Shown piece after piece: positions 25,358 through 35,184 of a stretch of 64,000 bases of DNA (position 1 is the stretch's first letter; each line of letters begins with the position of its first letter). The notes under the pieces were generated by a model, which was given only the letters and a program-made list of their open reading frames with translations, ran no database searches and was not told the origin of the DNA. Source of the DNA: Flavobacteriaceae bacterium (GTDB taxonomy: Bacteria; Bacteroidota; Bacteroidia; Flavobacteriales; Weeksellaceae). The translations under genes and the position numbers were made by a program. The stretch lies in the NCBI GenBank assembly GCA_031277475.1, contig JAITMJ010000067.1, positions 2,107 to 66,106 on the forward strand, written 5' to 3'.

Positions 25358-26665
25358 TTGAATATTACGATTGTCGGAACCGGATATGTCGGTTTGGTAA
25401 CGGGAACTACTTTGGCGGAACTCGGAAATTCCGTGTTTTGTGTGGATATTGACGAGAAAAAAGTAGAGTCGATGAAACAAGGAATCGTCCCGATTTACGA
25501 ACCGAACCTCGAAGAAATGTTTTTGCGAAATATACAAGCAAAACGCCTTTTTTTTACCACAAATTTAAAAGATGCTTTGGACAAAAGCGAAGTGATTTAC
25601 CTTGCGCTTCCAACTCCGCCCGGCGAAGACGGCTCGGCAGATTTGTCTTACGTTTTGAAAGTGGCGAACGACATCGGCGAAATGATGACGGATTATAAAG
25701 TGGTGGTGAACAAATCTACGGTTCCTGTGGGAACTGCCGATAAAGTTCGGGAAGTGATTTCTGCCAAAACCAACGTTCCTTTCGATGTGGTTTCCAATCC
25801 GGAATTTTTGCGCGAAGGTTTTGCGGTGGAAGATTCTATGAATCCGGCGAGAGTAATCGTAGGCGCAAGTTCCGAGAACGCCAAAAACATTATGGCAAAA
25901 ATTTATCAGCCGTTTACCAACACCGGAATTCCGATTATTTTTATGGATGAAAAATCCTCCGAACTCACGAAATACGCTTCCAATTCTTTCCTTGCCGTGA
26001 AAATTACTTTTATGAACGAAATCGCGAATTATTGCGAAAAAGTAGGCGCAGACGTGGACAAAGTGCGTTTGGGAATGGGCAGCGACGACAGAATCGGGAA
26101 TCGGTTTCTTTTTCCCGGAATCGGATACGGCGGAAGTTGTTTCCCGAAAGATGTGAAAGCCTTGATAAAATCAGGGAAAGATGAAGATTTTAATTTCAAA
26201 ATTTTGCAAGCCGCCGAAAATGTGAACGCAGAACAAAAGGTAATTTTATCCCGAGAAATCGAAAAATATTTCGGCGATTTGAAAGACAAAAAAATTGCAA
26301 TTTGGGGCTTGGCTTTTAAAGCAAATACGGATGATATCCGCGAATCTTCTTCGCTCGACAACATTAAAATTTTATTGGAAAAGGGCGCAAAAATCACGGC
26401 ATACGATGCCATCGCCGAAAAAAATGTGCAAAAACTTTTGGGCGAGAAAATAGAATATGCAAAAGATATGTATTCTGCATTGGAAAACGCTGATTGTCTG
26501 CTGATTGCAACAGAATGGTCGGAATTTAAAAACCCGAATTTCAAACTGATGTCGGAAAAAATGAAACACAAAATCATTTTTGACGGCAGAAATATGTATC
26601 CGCCGGAAACCCTGGAACAGAACGGATTTTATTACAAATCTATCGGCAGAAAAACGGTGGGGTAG
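25358..26665 (+). CDS. ugd: UDP-glucose 6-dehydrogenase
   Basis: 435 aa with the NAD-binding motif IVGTGYVGLV and the catalytic Cys context GYGGSCFPKD. The start appears to be TTG (no in-frame ATG nearby). Confidence 0.92.
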   Translation: MNITIVGTGYVGLVTGTTLAELGNSVFCVDIDEKKVESMKQGIVPIYEPNLEEMFLRNIQAKRLFFTTNLKDALDKSEVIYLALPTPPGEDGSADLSYVLKVANDIGEMMTDYKVVVNKSTVPVGTADKVREVISAKTNVPFDVVSNPEFLREGFAVEDSMNPARVIVGASSENAKNIMAKIYQPFTNTGIPIIFMDEKSSELTKYASNSFLAVKITFMNEIANYCEKVGADVDKVRLGMGSDDRIGNRFLFPGIGYGGSCFPKDVKALIKSGKDEDFNFKILQAAENVNAEQKVILSREIEKYFGDLKDKKIAIWGLAFKANTDDIRESSSLDNIKILLEKGAKITAYDAIAEKNVQKLLGEKIEYAKDMYSALENADCLLIATEWSEFKNPNFKLMSEKMKHKIIFDGRNMYPPETLEQNGFYYKSIGRKTVG

Positions 26666-26666
26666 A

Positions 26667-26722
26667 TTCGAGGTGCGAGGTTCGAGATGCGAGATGCGAG
26701 GTTCGAGGTTCGGGGTGCGAGG
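26667..26722. repeat. tandem heptamer tract, 8 units of T(T/G)CG(A/G)G(G/A)
   Basis: TTCGAGG TGCGAGG TTCGAGA TGCGAGA TGCGAGG TTCGAGG TTCGGGG TGCGAGG, starting immediately after the ugd stop. Confidence 0.9.
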
Positions 26723-26812
26723 TGAAACTTAAAATAGACAAAAGGTTGATTTTAAATACTTTATGCTCTTTTTTCTGATAAATAAAACATGATCTGATTT
26801 TCTTTTTTTTAC

Positions 26813-26845
26813 AATCTGTAAAATAAAATCCTTACAATTTGTAAA
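26813..26845 (+). repeat. 33-bp perfect direct repeat, copy 1 (AATCTGTAAAATAAAATCCTTACAATTTGTAAA)
   Basis: Identical to 26859-26891. It contains the palindrome TTACAA-T-TTGTAA. Confidence 0.95.
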
Positions 26846-26858
26846 GTAAAACTCTAAT

Positions 26859-26891
26859 AATCTGTAAAATAAAATCCTTACAATTTGTAAA
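26859..26891 (+). repeat. 33-bp perfect direct repeat, copy 2
   Basis: Identical to 26813-26845. It ends 9 nt before a TATCTTTG box (26900-26907) and 44 nt before the ATG at 26935. Confidence 0.95.
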
Positions 26892-26934
26892 ATATCTTTT
26901 ATCTTTGTAGAATATTTTTGAAAATCAAAAGGAT

Positions 26935-28188
26935 ATGGCGTATATAAAAAGAATAAGCGATAATCAATTACAGCGCAAATTGGAAGCGTCCGGTGCGGTA
27001 TTGATACGCGGTGCCAAAGCGTGTGGAAAAACAGAATCTGCAAAACGATTTGCAAAAAGTATTTTAGAAGTTGATATTGATCCGCAAGTTCCGCTGTTGA
27101 TGGAAACCGATCCAAACCGTTTGTTAATCGGTGAAACACCGCGTTTGATAGACGAATGGCAAGAACAACCGAAACTTTGGAATCTTATTCGCCACGAAAT
27201 TGATAAACGTGCTTTGCCCGCACAATTTATTCTCACCGGCTCGGCAAATCCCGACGAAAATACAAAAAAACATTCCGGAGCAGGACGTTTCACCACACTT
27301 GATATGCACACGATGAGTTGGCAGGAACTCGGACATTCTACCGGAAAAATTTCTCTGAAAACACTTTTGGAGGGAGGAAAAATTGATATTTATGATGAGC
27401 CGACAGATTTGGATTTTATTGTTGAAAAAATCATTATCGGCGGTTTTCCCGCTTTGATAGGTAGAAATATTTATCAGGCAAGCGATTTGAATCGCGCTTA
27501 TATTGATTTGCTCGCCGAAGTAGATATGAGCCGCGTATCAAATATAAAACGAGATCCTTTGAAAGTGAGGAATATTTTGCGTTCATTGGCAAGAAATACT
27601 GCTACAACCGTTGAAACTACTTTGCTCGAAACAGACATCTTTGAAAAAGACAATACAAGTATTTCTCGACCGACAATTTACGATTATCTTGACGCATTGG
27701 AACGATTGATGATTATAGAAAATCAGCCTGCTTGGAATATCCATTTGCGATCTTCCGCGTTGCTCAGAAAAACGCCTAAACGACATTTAACAGACGTTTC
27801 GCTTGCCGTTGCCGCTCTTGGTGCAGACAAAAATTCGCTTCTCAACGATTTGAAATTTACGGGTTTCCTTTTTGAATCTCTCGTAACCCACGATCTCCGC
27901 GTATATGCACAAGCAAATGATGCAAAAGTATTTCATTATCGCGATTCTACAAATTTGGAAATTGATGCCGTGGTTCAAAAATATTCCGGTGAATACGCGG
28001 CTTTTGAAATAAAACTCGGCACCGGACAAATTGACGATGCCGCCGGAAATCTCACAAAATTTGCCTCTATTTTGGACACATCAAAAATTTCTGCGCCGGC
28101 ATCATTGAACATCATTACCGGAACAGGAATCAGTTACACCCGAAAAGACGGAATAAATGTAATTTCATTATCTTCACTTGGATTATAA
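26935..28188 (+). CDS. ATP-binding protein, AAA/DUF4143 family (second paralogue type)
   Basis: 417 aa with the Walker A-like motif GAKACGKTE and family-typical blocks (LIDEWQ, FILTGSA, FESLV, FEIK). Confidence 0.85.
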   Translation: MAYIKRISDNQLQRKLEASGAVLIRGAKACGKTESAKRFAKSILEVDIDPQVPLLMETDPNRLLIGETPRLIDEWQEQPKLWNLIRHEIDKRALPAQFILTGSANPDENTKKHSGAGRFTTLDMHTMSWQELGHSTGKISLKTLLEGGKIDIYDEPTDLDFIVEKIIIGGFPALIGRNIYQASDLNRAYIDLLAEVDMSRVSNIKRDPLKVRNILRSLARNTATTVETTLLETDIFEKDNTSISRPTIYDYLDALERLMIIENQPAWNIHLRSSALLRKTPKRHLTDVSLAVAALGADKNSLLNDLKFTGFLFESLVTHDLRVYAQANDAKVFHYRDSTNLEIDAVVQKYSGEYAAFEIKLGTGQIDDAAGNLTKFASILDTSKISAPASLNIITGTGISYTRKDGINVISLSSLGL

Positions 28189-29713
28189 AAACAAACAAAC
28201 CACAATGTTTAAAAATAAAACATCTTTTTTTCTCCTAATCGCGGCTACGCTTTTGTATCTGACCGGTTTTTATTTTTCGTACAGCAATCTTTTCGAGGGA
28301 TTTTTCAGGATGGAAGATTTTTCCGTAGTCCGAAATTTGTTTGAATACGGCATTATGTACGCCTCTTTGCTGGTTTTTTGTTCGATGCTTTACAGGAAAA
28401 AATATTTAAGATTTCTCCCCTACATTCTGTTGTTCATCATCAGTTTGAATTTTTTGATTTCCGCCATCTGCCGCATCGTTTACCACTCGTCTTTCAACAG
28501 CGGAATGGTTTTGAGCGTGATAGATTCCAATGTGGATGAAGCCCTCAGTATGTCCACAATGTTTATCGTCCCGATTATCATCTGTTTATTGTTTTGGGCG
28601 TTTAATATTTATGTTGTGAAAACGGTTTCCCGAAATCCCGCGAATAAATTTCTCGTCCTGTTTTCGTTGCTGTGGGTGGTTTTTCCGATTTTATTTAAAC
28701 TGAAACAAAACTATATTTCCAACAAAGGCGGTGCTCCGATGATAAAATCGGTTTTGTACCATTACAATGATTTTGAAGCGGGTATAAAAATGCAAAAAGA
28801 CCTCGCAAAAATCAAGAAAAATAAAATAAAACTCAACGCCGAAAAAACCGGAAAAGGCATCAATACGATTGTGCTTCTCATCGGCGAATCTGTAGTTCCG
28901 AAACACATGCAACTCTACGGCTATTCCATCAAAAATACGATGTTTCAAAACGGAGAAATTCCGAATATGCAGTTGTACGAAAACGCCGTTTCGCCTGCCG
29001 GAATTACCAATTTGAGCGTTCCGTTGATGCTTTCAACCATAAAACCCGAAAAATTCACGAGCAATAAAGAAGAAATGGCAGACAATATCATCAATTTTGC
29101 GAATCAAAACGGCTACGAAACTTATTGGATCAGCACACAAACTTTGAGCGGATCCGTAACGGCAATTGCGTCTTATTCCAAAAATATAAAATATGTAAAC
29201 GGCTATGACGAGGTTGCAATTCCCGTTTTCAATCAGGCACTGAAAAATAAAAAAAACAAACTCATCATTTTGCATTTGATAGGCAGCCATCCCAATCCGT
29301 GCGACAAAATTCCCGATGCCGAAAAGGTTTTTGATGAAAATAATCCGTTTAATTGCTACGACAGCAGCATCAACTACACCGATAAAATTATTTCCAAAAT
29401 TTTAAATCCGCTGAAAAATGAAGATGCCGTTTTTATTTATGCTGCCGATCACGGTTTGAAAATAATAGACGGAAAGTATCTGCACACCGATTCCAAAGAA
29501 TCCGTAAAAGTTCCGTTTTACATCTGGTTTTCGCCAAAAACAAAGGAATACGCAAACAAAGGAATCGTGAAAGAAACCACGCAAACTACGATAATTTATC
29601 CGAAAATAATAGAATTTATGGGATATGAGCCGCCAAAAAATTATAAAAATAAAGATTTAAAATACTTGGATTTCGGCTTAAAAACTATAGATTATTCAGA
29701 TTTGGGAGATTAG
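28178..29713 (+). CDS. phosphoethanolamine transferase (sulfatase-domain, EptA/CptA-like)
   Basis: An N-terminal block of TM helices is followed by an alkaline-phosphatase/sulfatase-type domain (LLIGES, HLIGSHPNPCD, AADHG). The alternative ATG at 28205 (MFKNK) would avoid the overlap with the upstream gene. Confidence 0.85.
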   Translation: MDYKNKQTTMFKNKTSFFLLIAATLLYLTGFYFSYSNLFEGFFRMEDFSVVRNLFEYGIMYASLLVFCSMLYRKKYLRFLPYILLFIISLNFLISAICRIVYHSSFNSGMVLSVIDSNVDEALSMSTMFIVPIIICLLFWAFNIYVVKTVSRNPANKFLVLFSLLWVVFPILFKLKQNYISNKGGAPMIKSVLYHYNDFEAGIKMQKDLAKIKKNKIKLNAEKTGKGINTIVLLIGESVVPKHMQLYGYSIKNTMFQNGEIPNMQLYENAVSPAGITNLSVPLMLSTIKPEKFTSNKEEMADNIINFANQNGYETYWISTQTLSGSVTAIASYSKNIKYVNGYDEVAIPVFNQALKNKKNKLIILHLIGSHPNPCDKIPDAEKVFDENNPFNCYDSSINYTDKIISKILNPLKNEDAVFIYAADHGLKIIDGKYLHTDSKESVKVPFYIWFSPKTKEYANKGIVKETTQTTIIYPKIIEFMGYEPPKNYKNKDLKYLDFGLKTIDYSDLGD

Positions 29714-29908
29714 TTTTTCAGTATAATTTCAATTGAATATGCAATGAAACACTTATGACAAAATATTGACACACAAACGAAATCGAAGATTCGCCGATTC
29801 CATTGAAAATAATAAAAATGACAGAGGCAATGATTGTACAATGTTCCATCTGACCGCTGAAAAAAATAAAATATAAACAGATGAAAATATAAAAATAATG
29901 ACTCGTAT

Positions 29909-31978
29909 TTAAATAGTCTCTAAAAGAATCTCCTCAATTTTTTGTTCCAATTTTTCGGCGTTCGGGAGCATTTCTTTTTCTAAAATTAAATTGATGGGAA
30001 CGGCAGGCAAATTCAGTGCTCCGAGCGTTTCCACCGGCGCATCCAAAAATCTGAAACAGGCTTTGGAAATCCTGAAAGCAAGGGCTTCCGCGAAGGAATT
30101 TTGAATTTGCTCTTCCGTTAAAACCAAACATTTTCCGTGAAGTTTTACGCGCTCGAAAATCAAATTTTCATCCAAAGGAATCAGTGTGCGCAAATCTATA
30201 ATTTCTACGTTTTCGCCAAATTTTTGTGCGGCTTCTTTTGCCCAATAAACGCCCATTCCGTAAGTGATAATCACCATAGTTCGCCCTTTTGAAATCTCGT
30301 CTTCCGAAGCACGTTTTATGATTTCCGCTTTCCCGAAAGGCAAAATATAATCTTCCGCCGGCTCGATGGTTTTGGCATCTTCGGTTCCGGGAACTTTACT
30401 CCAATACAAACCTTTGTGTTCCAACATAATACAAGGATTTGGATCGTAGAAAGCGGCTTTCAACAAACCTTTAAAATCTGCGGCGTTGCTCGGATAAGCG
30501 ATTTTAATGCCTTTAATATTCGCCAAAATACTTTCCACACTTCCGCTGTGATACGGTCCGCCGCCACCGTAAGCACCGATTGGAACGCGAATGATATTGC
30601 TCACCGGAAATTTTCCGAAAGATAAATAATTGGATTTTGAAATCTCCGTAACTAATTGATTGATACCGGGATAAATATAATCTGCAAACTGAACTTCAAC
30701 GATGGGTTTCAAACCGACTGCGCTCATTCCGACCGTCGAGCCGATGATGTAGGCTTCCTGAATTGCTGTATTGAAAACCCTTTTGTTCCCGAATTTTTGT
30801 CCGAGCGTAACGGTTTCCCGAAAAACGCCGCCGATTCTTTCGCCCACGTCTTGTCCGTACAAAACCACTTCCGGATGTTTGTTCATCAATTCTTGAATGG
30901 CGTGAATGGCAGCATCCACCATCACGATTTTTTCCTTTGCTTCCGGCGGAATTCGGGTTCCGGTTTCTTCCGTAATCGGCGTTGTCGCAAAAATATGTTG
31001 GGTTGCAGATTCGGGACTTGGGTCTTCCGCATCAATCGCTTTTTGAAAAGATTCCTCGATTTCGAGCCTGCATTTTTTGGTGATTTTTTGAAGTTCTTCT
31101 TCGTCAATACCATTATTTAAAAGATATTTTCTAAGAATATTTCCCGGATCTTTGGCGCGATGTTTTTCCAAATCGGCTTCATCTCTGTAAAATTCTCGCC
31201 GAACTCCCGAAGTGTGATGTCCGATGAGAACCGTTTTAGCGCAAACCAAAATCGGTTTTCTTTCGTTTCGCACAAAATCGAAAGCGGTTTTCATTCCCTC
31301 AAAACTTTTCACAAAATCGGTTCCGTCTATTCTCATTCGGCTCAAACCGACAAATCCGGCGGCGAAATCGTGGGCATCGCAAGTTCGCGCTTCGTCTTTG
31401 GTTACGGAAATTCCCCATTCATTATCTTGAACCAAAAAAATAATCGGCAATTGGTGCAAAGCCGCAAATTGAAACGCTTCGCTCACTTCGCCTTCGGTTA
31501 CGGAATTATCGCCCATACTGCAAACGACTACGGGATTGTTTTCAAAATTTTTAAGATTAAATTCTTCGATATATTTCAAACCTTGCGCAACGCCGGTGGT
31601 CGGAATCGCCTGCATTCCGGTTGCCGAACTTTGATGAATGATTTTCGGTTTATCTTCGTCTAAACTCGCCGGATGCGAATAATAGGAACGTCCGCCGGAA
31701 AACGGGTCGTCTTTTTTAGCCAAAAGTTGAAGCATCAGTTGATACGGTTCAAACCCGATTCCCAAAAGCAAACTTTCGTCTCGATAATACGGCGAAACCC
31801 AATCTTCTTTTTTCAGTTGATATGCGGTAGCCAACTGAATCGCCTCGTGTCCGCGCGACGTGCTGTGAACGTATTTTGTAATATTTCGGTTTTCTTCGTA
31901 AATATCTGCCATTGCTTTGGCGAGCATCATTTGCCGAAACGCATTTAAAAGAATGTCCTGAGAAATATTTTTTTCCAT
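29909..31978 (-). CDS. 2-oxoacid dehydrogenase E1 component, fused alpha/beta subunits (TPP-dependent)
   Basis: The alpha-like half has a TPP-binding region (CSMGDNSVTEGE), followed by the beta-like transketolase pyrimidine-binding and C-terminal halves. I prefer the ATG at 31978 (MEKNISQDILL). Confidence 0.9.
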   Translation of the reverse strand: MEKNISQDILLNAFRQMMLAKAMADIYEENRNITKYVHSTSRGHEAIQLATAYQLKKEDWVSPYYRDESLLLGIGFEPYQLMLQLLAKKDDPFSGGRSYYSHPASLDEDKPKIIHQSSATGMQAIPTTGVAQGLKYIEEFNLKNFENNPVVVCSMGDNSVTEGEVSEAFQFAALHQLPIIFLVQDNEWGISVTKDEARTCDAHDFAAGFVGLSRMRIDGTDFVKSFEGMKTAFDFVRNERKPILVCAKTVLIGHHTSGVRREFYRDEADLEKHRAKDPGNILRKYLLNNGIDEEELQKITKKCRLEIEESFQKAIDAEDPSPESATQHIFATTPITEETGTRIPPEAKEKIVMVDAAIHAIQELMNKHPEVVLYGQDVGERIGGVFRETVTLGQKFGNKRVFNTAIQEAYIIGSTVGMSAVGLKPIVEVQFADYIYPGINQLVTEISKSNYLSFGKFPVSNIIRVPIGAYGGGGPYHSGSVESILANIKGIKIAYPSNAADFKGLLKAAFYDPNPCIMLEHKGLYWSKVPGTEDAKTIEPAEDYILPFGKAEIIKRASEDEISKGRTMVIITYGMGVYWAKEAAQKFGENVEIIDLRTLIPLDENLIFERVKLHGKCLVLTEEQIQNSFAEALAFRISKACFRFLDAPVETLGALNLPAVPINLILEKEMLPNAEKLEQKIEEILLETI

Positions 31979-32063
31979 AGATTTCAAAGATAGGGTTTTC
32001 TGCGGAAAAGGGCAAGAGGTAAAAATTGCAGGAAAATCTTTTTTTGTTGAAAGTGTAAAGAAA

Positions 32064-32086
32064 AATCCTCCGAAGTTTGGAGGATT
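32064..32086 (-). terminator. rho-independent terminator after the 330-aa lipoprotein gene
   Basis: 8-bp stem AATCCTCC / GGAGGATT with a 7-nt loop, followed on the minus strand by TTTCTTT. Confidence 0.6.
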
Positions 32087-32121
32087 TGTTTTGTTTAAAG
32101 AATTAGCCAAAAGCCAACTAC

Positions 32122-33063
32122 CTAATAATCATCCGAAAGTTCGAAAGGTGCGTTTTGGAAAGATTTTATTAATACACCATTTTCGTAAGCGTTTAAATTT
32201 ATGGTTCCTTTTGTAACTTTGTGTCCATCTATTACCTCATGTTTGGTAATGGTAAAACTTCCGGATGTATCGTATTTTAGCCAATCTTCCGGCAAATTAG
32301 GAAACATAAAATTTTTGGGTGGACCGATATATTCATTAAACTCAATAAACTCGTTTTCTCTTGAAAAATCAAATTCATAAGTTCCCAAATCCATTTCGTA
32401 AATATTCTTTTTCAAGCCGTTTAATACAAATTGCCAGCCGTCCGGTTCGTTGGCTTCGTATTTTACATTAATGATTTGCCCTTGCTCGGAAATAGTTTGT
32501 TTCCATACATCCATGCTTAAAAATTTAGTTTCATTATCCAAATTTATATACTGATTGTAGGTGCTGCAAGAACTCGGACTAAAGAAATTTATTTCAAAGT
32601 TTCCGCTGATTTCCATCGGCGCATTATCATAATCTCTATAAACCGTTCCTTCAAGTGAAAATTTAATGTACTGGTTTTCCGGCTCTATTTGCAAGTCTTT
32701 TATTTTCAGCCATTTATCAGACGCGTAATAAGACGAATAGTGATGATATCCTTGTCCGTGAATCACAAAACGTTTTAGTTTGCCATATTTATTGATTAGA
32801 AAATCAATTTCTACACTTGTACCTGTTTCCTCTTTATAAGCCGTAACCAATAAATGTATATCTTCTTGTCCGCAAGAGAAATAATGTGCATTTATACGAT
32901 ACTTAAGGAGTTCCAATTTTTCACCGTTAGTATAAAAGTCAAAAGTATTGACGCTTAAAGGATCATAAGGCGGTTCGGGTTCTATATCTCTATCGTCTGA
33001 ATTACAGGAAATTACCTCGAAAAAGAAACTAAAAATTATAAAAAAGGAAATTATTTTTTTCAT
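32122..33063 (-). CDS. hypothetical lipoprotein
   Basis: The ATG at 33063 gives MKKIISFFIIFSFFFEVISCNSDD (lipobox). I recognise no domain. Confidence 0.65.
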   Translation of the reverse strand: MKKIISFFIIFSFFFEVISCNSDDRDIEPEPPYDPLSVNTFDFYTNGEKLELLKYRINAHYFSCGQEDIHLLVTAYKEETGTSVEIDFLINKYGKLKRFVIHGQGYHHYSSYYASDKWLKIKDLQIEPENQYIKFSLEGTVYRDYDNAPMEISGNFEINFFSPSSCSTYNQYINLDNETKFLSMDVWKQTISEQGQIINVKYEANEPDGWQFVLNGLKKNIYEMDLGTYEFDFSRENEFIEFNEYIGPPKNFMFPNLPEDWLKYDTSGSFTITKHEVIDGHKVTKGTINLNAYENGVLIKSFQNAPFELSDDY

Positions 33064-33131
33064 TTTTTTTCTAAATTTAAAATGCACTTGTATTTCTCTG
33101 AAATACAAGTGCAAATATATTGAACATATTT

Positions 33132-34763
33132 TTAATATATTAATCTTGGGCGGATTTCAAATTCAACATTACCGGTGGTATTATATTTTCTTGGTTTCAA
33201 TTGAGGTAATCCCAACCAATTATATCCCGGAACCACTATATCATCACCAAAATTTATAACAGAATTTCCCAAATCATTGCTTCCCGTAACGTAGTGCCTT
33301 TTATAGTCAAATCCTTGCGTTGACTCTTGAGAAGCCCCGAATTTTATCCCAATCTTTACAATGTCTTCCCAACTGGTACTATACTCAAGGTTAGTATTAT
33401 ACTTATTAGTTTCCGTGACTGTTTCATCATGAGTTATGGTAACATCATTTTCTTGAAATGAAATTTTCCACATATTGGAAAACTCATTCAAATGCCATGT
33501 TTCAATTTCTGTTTTTTGAGTATGGTCATTATAGAAATCTATCATTTTCAAACCTGTAACGTGAGGCGTGTAAACATAATAATACCCTACAAGTATCGGT
33601 GGAAAGGGAAAATTTGGAATATATACAGGAATCTGTTGTTTAGTATAGGTTATATCAAACAAATCTTCCGGATTAGCAAGAAAATGCCCTATAGCGTTTG
33701 CATCTACATTTGATTCTTTCGGACCGTAATTCACTGAAAATCCGATTTCAAAAAAACCGTCCGTCCACGCTGATGCTTGTGATGGTGTTGAAGGATTTGT
33801 TGTGTGTATTGGCGGAACAAGATAAGGATCTTGGTCGTGTTGAGAAATATACTGATAAGCAAGTTGAGGATCTCCGGTTAATTTAAAAGATGTAATATAT
33901 TCTTTGTAATTTCTGTGTATTACTCCTACAGTATTTGTAGGCGTCAATCCGTAATAGATAAAATCCCTTTGCCAACCGCCGGGCGTATAATCTTTATATG
34001 CATCATAAGCCTGAACGTGTATTGGGTCTAAACGAGGATAAGAGCCGGAAGGCGGCGGCGGCGGGCCGGCGGGACCTAAGGTTGCATCAAAATTATTATC
34101 TGCCAAACGCAGTTGTACATCATCGGTCGGTTCGGTAAGAACTCTGGTATCCAAATTGTTATACCTTGAATCTCTGTCGGAATATACCCTTTCATTGTCT
34201 TTCACCACTACTACAGGAAATGCAGGAATATACGGTGCTTCCAAAACAAAGTTTTCTCCTTCTGCCGTATAAATCGGCACATCGTTGCTTTCATAAGTTC
34301 GTACCGCAACATACGGAATTTCATCCATAGTGTCCCAACTTTCGGCGGAGAAAGAATCTTCCGGCAAATCGGGTACAAAAATGGTTAATAGCGGCATACT
34401 GCTTTCAATTTCCAGCAACTGTGCTTCGGTTTCAAAATACGGCAACAGCAAATCGTGAATGGTGTTTCCGCCCATTGCAGTAAGTGCTACTACCGGTTTG
34501 TTTTTAATGACGTGGTAAAGCACATCATAATCTCTGTTCACCTGTTTCAATGCTTCAGATTTTATGAAATCCCGCAATTCTTTGTGCTCTTTCAAGGCTT
34601 TTGCCAATGCTTTCGCAAATTGGGTTTTCATTTCGGTGTCTTTGCTCACCATATTCACTACCGGATTTTCCGCCGGTATTTCACTCGAAATTCTTTCTTC
34701 GCGGCACGAAGAAAAAACTAAACTTAAAGAAACGATTGTCCCTATAAATAATGATTTATTCAT
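33132..34763 (-). CDS. hypothetical lipoprotein (543 aa) with a proline-rich linker
   Basis: MNKSLFIGTIVSLSLVFSSCREE (lipobox), with an internal GPAGPPPPPSGS stretch. I recognise no domain. It is probably co-transcribed with the downstream 330-aa lipoprotein gene (gap of 68 bp). Confidence 0.7.
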   Translation of the reverse strand: MNKSLFIGTIVSLSLVFSSCREERISSEIPAENPVVNMVSKDTEMKTQFAKALAKALKEHKELRDFIKSEALKQVNRDYDVLYHVIKNKPVVALTAMGGNTIHDLLLPYFETEAQLLEIESSMPLLTIFVPDLPEDSFSAESWDTMDEIPYVAVRTYESNDVPIYTAEGENFVLEAPYIPAFPVVVVKDNERVYSDRDSRYNNLDTRVLTEPTDDVQLRLADNNFDATLGPAGPPPPPSGSYPRLDPIHVQAYDAYKDYTPGGWQRDFIYYGLTPTNTVGVIHRNYKEYITSFKLTGDPQLAYQYISQHDQDPYLVPPIHTTNPSTPSQASAWTDGFFEIGFSVNYGPKESNVDANAIGHFLANPEDLFDITYTKQQIPVYIPNFPFPPILVGYYYVYTPHVTGLKMIDFYNDHTQKTEIETWHLNEFSNMWKISFQENDVTITHDETVTETNKYNTNLEYSTSWEDIVKIGIKFGASQESTQGFDYKRHYVTGSNDLGNSVINFGDDIVVPGYNWLGLPQLKPRKYNTTGNVEFEIRPRLIY

Positions 34764-35184
34764 TTTGTTAAAATTTTTTCAATTAAAATATTATTTTTTT
34801 CTTGCTTTACAATTCGGCAAAATCCGCAAGAACTATTCTGCCGTCAGCACCAAAATTTATTTCAAATACGCACATAAAAAAAGCGTGGTACTTTTCAGTA
34901 TCCCGCTCACAAAGGTATTTAGCGTGACCTGCAAAGGCAGAATAAGTAAAAGTCCACGCTACACGTGAACATTTTAAACTTAATCTCTCCTTTGCTTCAA
35001 AATCGCTAAATTTTTTTGTGAGGAAGAATAAACTAAAATGCTTTTTCCGATTAAAATATGCGTATCAATACGCTTTTTTCTATATCATAAACCAATTTTT
35101 TATTATTAATTTTTCAAATATACCAAATATTTTTTTATATAATGCAAAATATTTTTCAACCTTTTCGACAAGGTTCATTTTTCT

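Noticed and set aside
26729-27139. 136-aa minus-strand ORF spanning the direct repeats and the start of the DUF4143 gene
   Set aside because: It overlaps the well-supported plus-strand gene and the non-coding repeat region, and it has no recognisable features.
29718-29849. 43-codon hydrophobic minus-strand ORF (MEHCTIIASVIFIIFNGIG...) between the phosphoethanolamine transferase and E1 genes
   Set aside because: There is no recognisable family, no promoter box that I could see, and the ORF is short. It cannot be supported from sequence alone.
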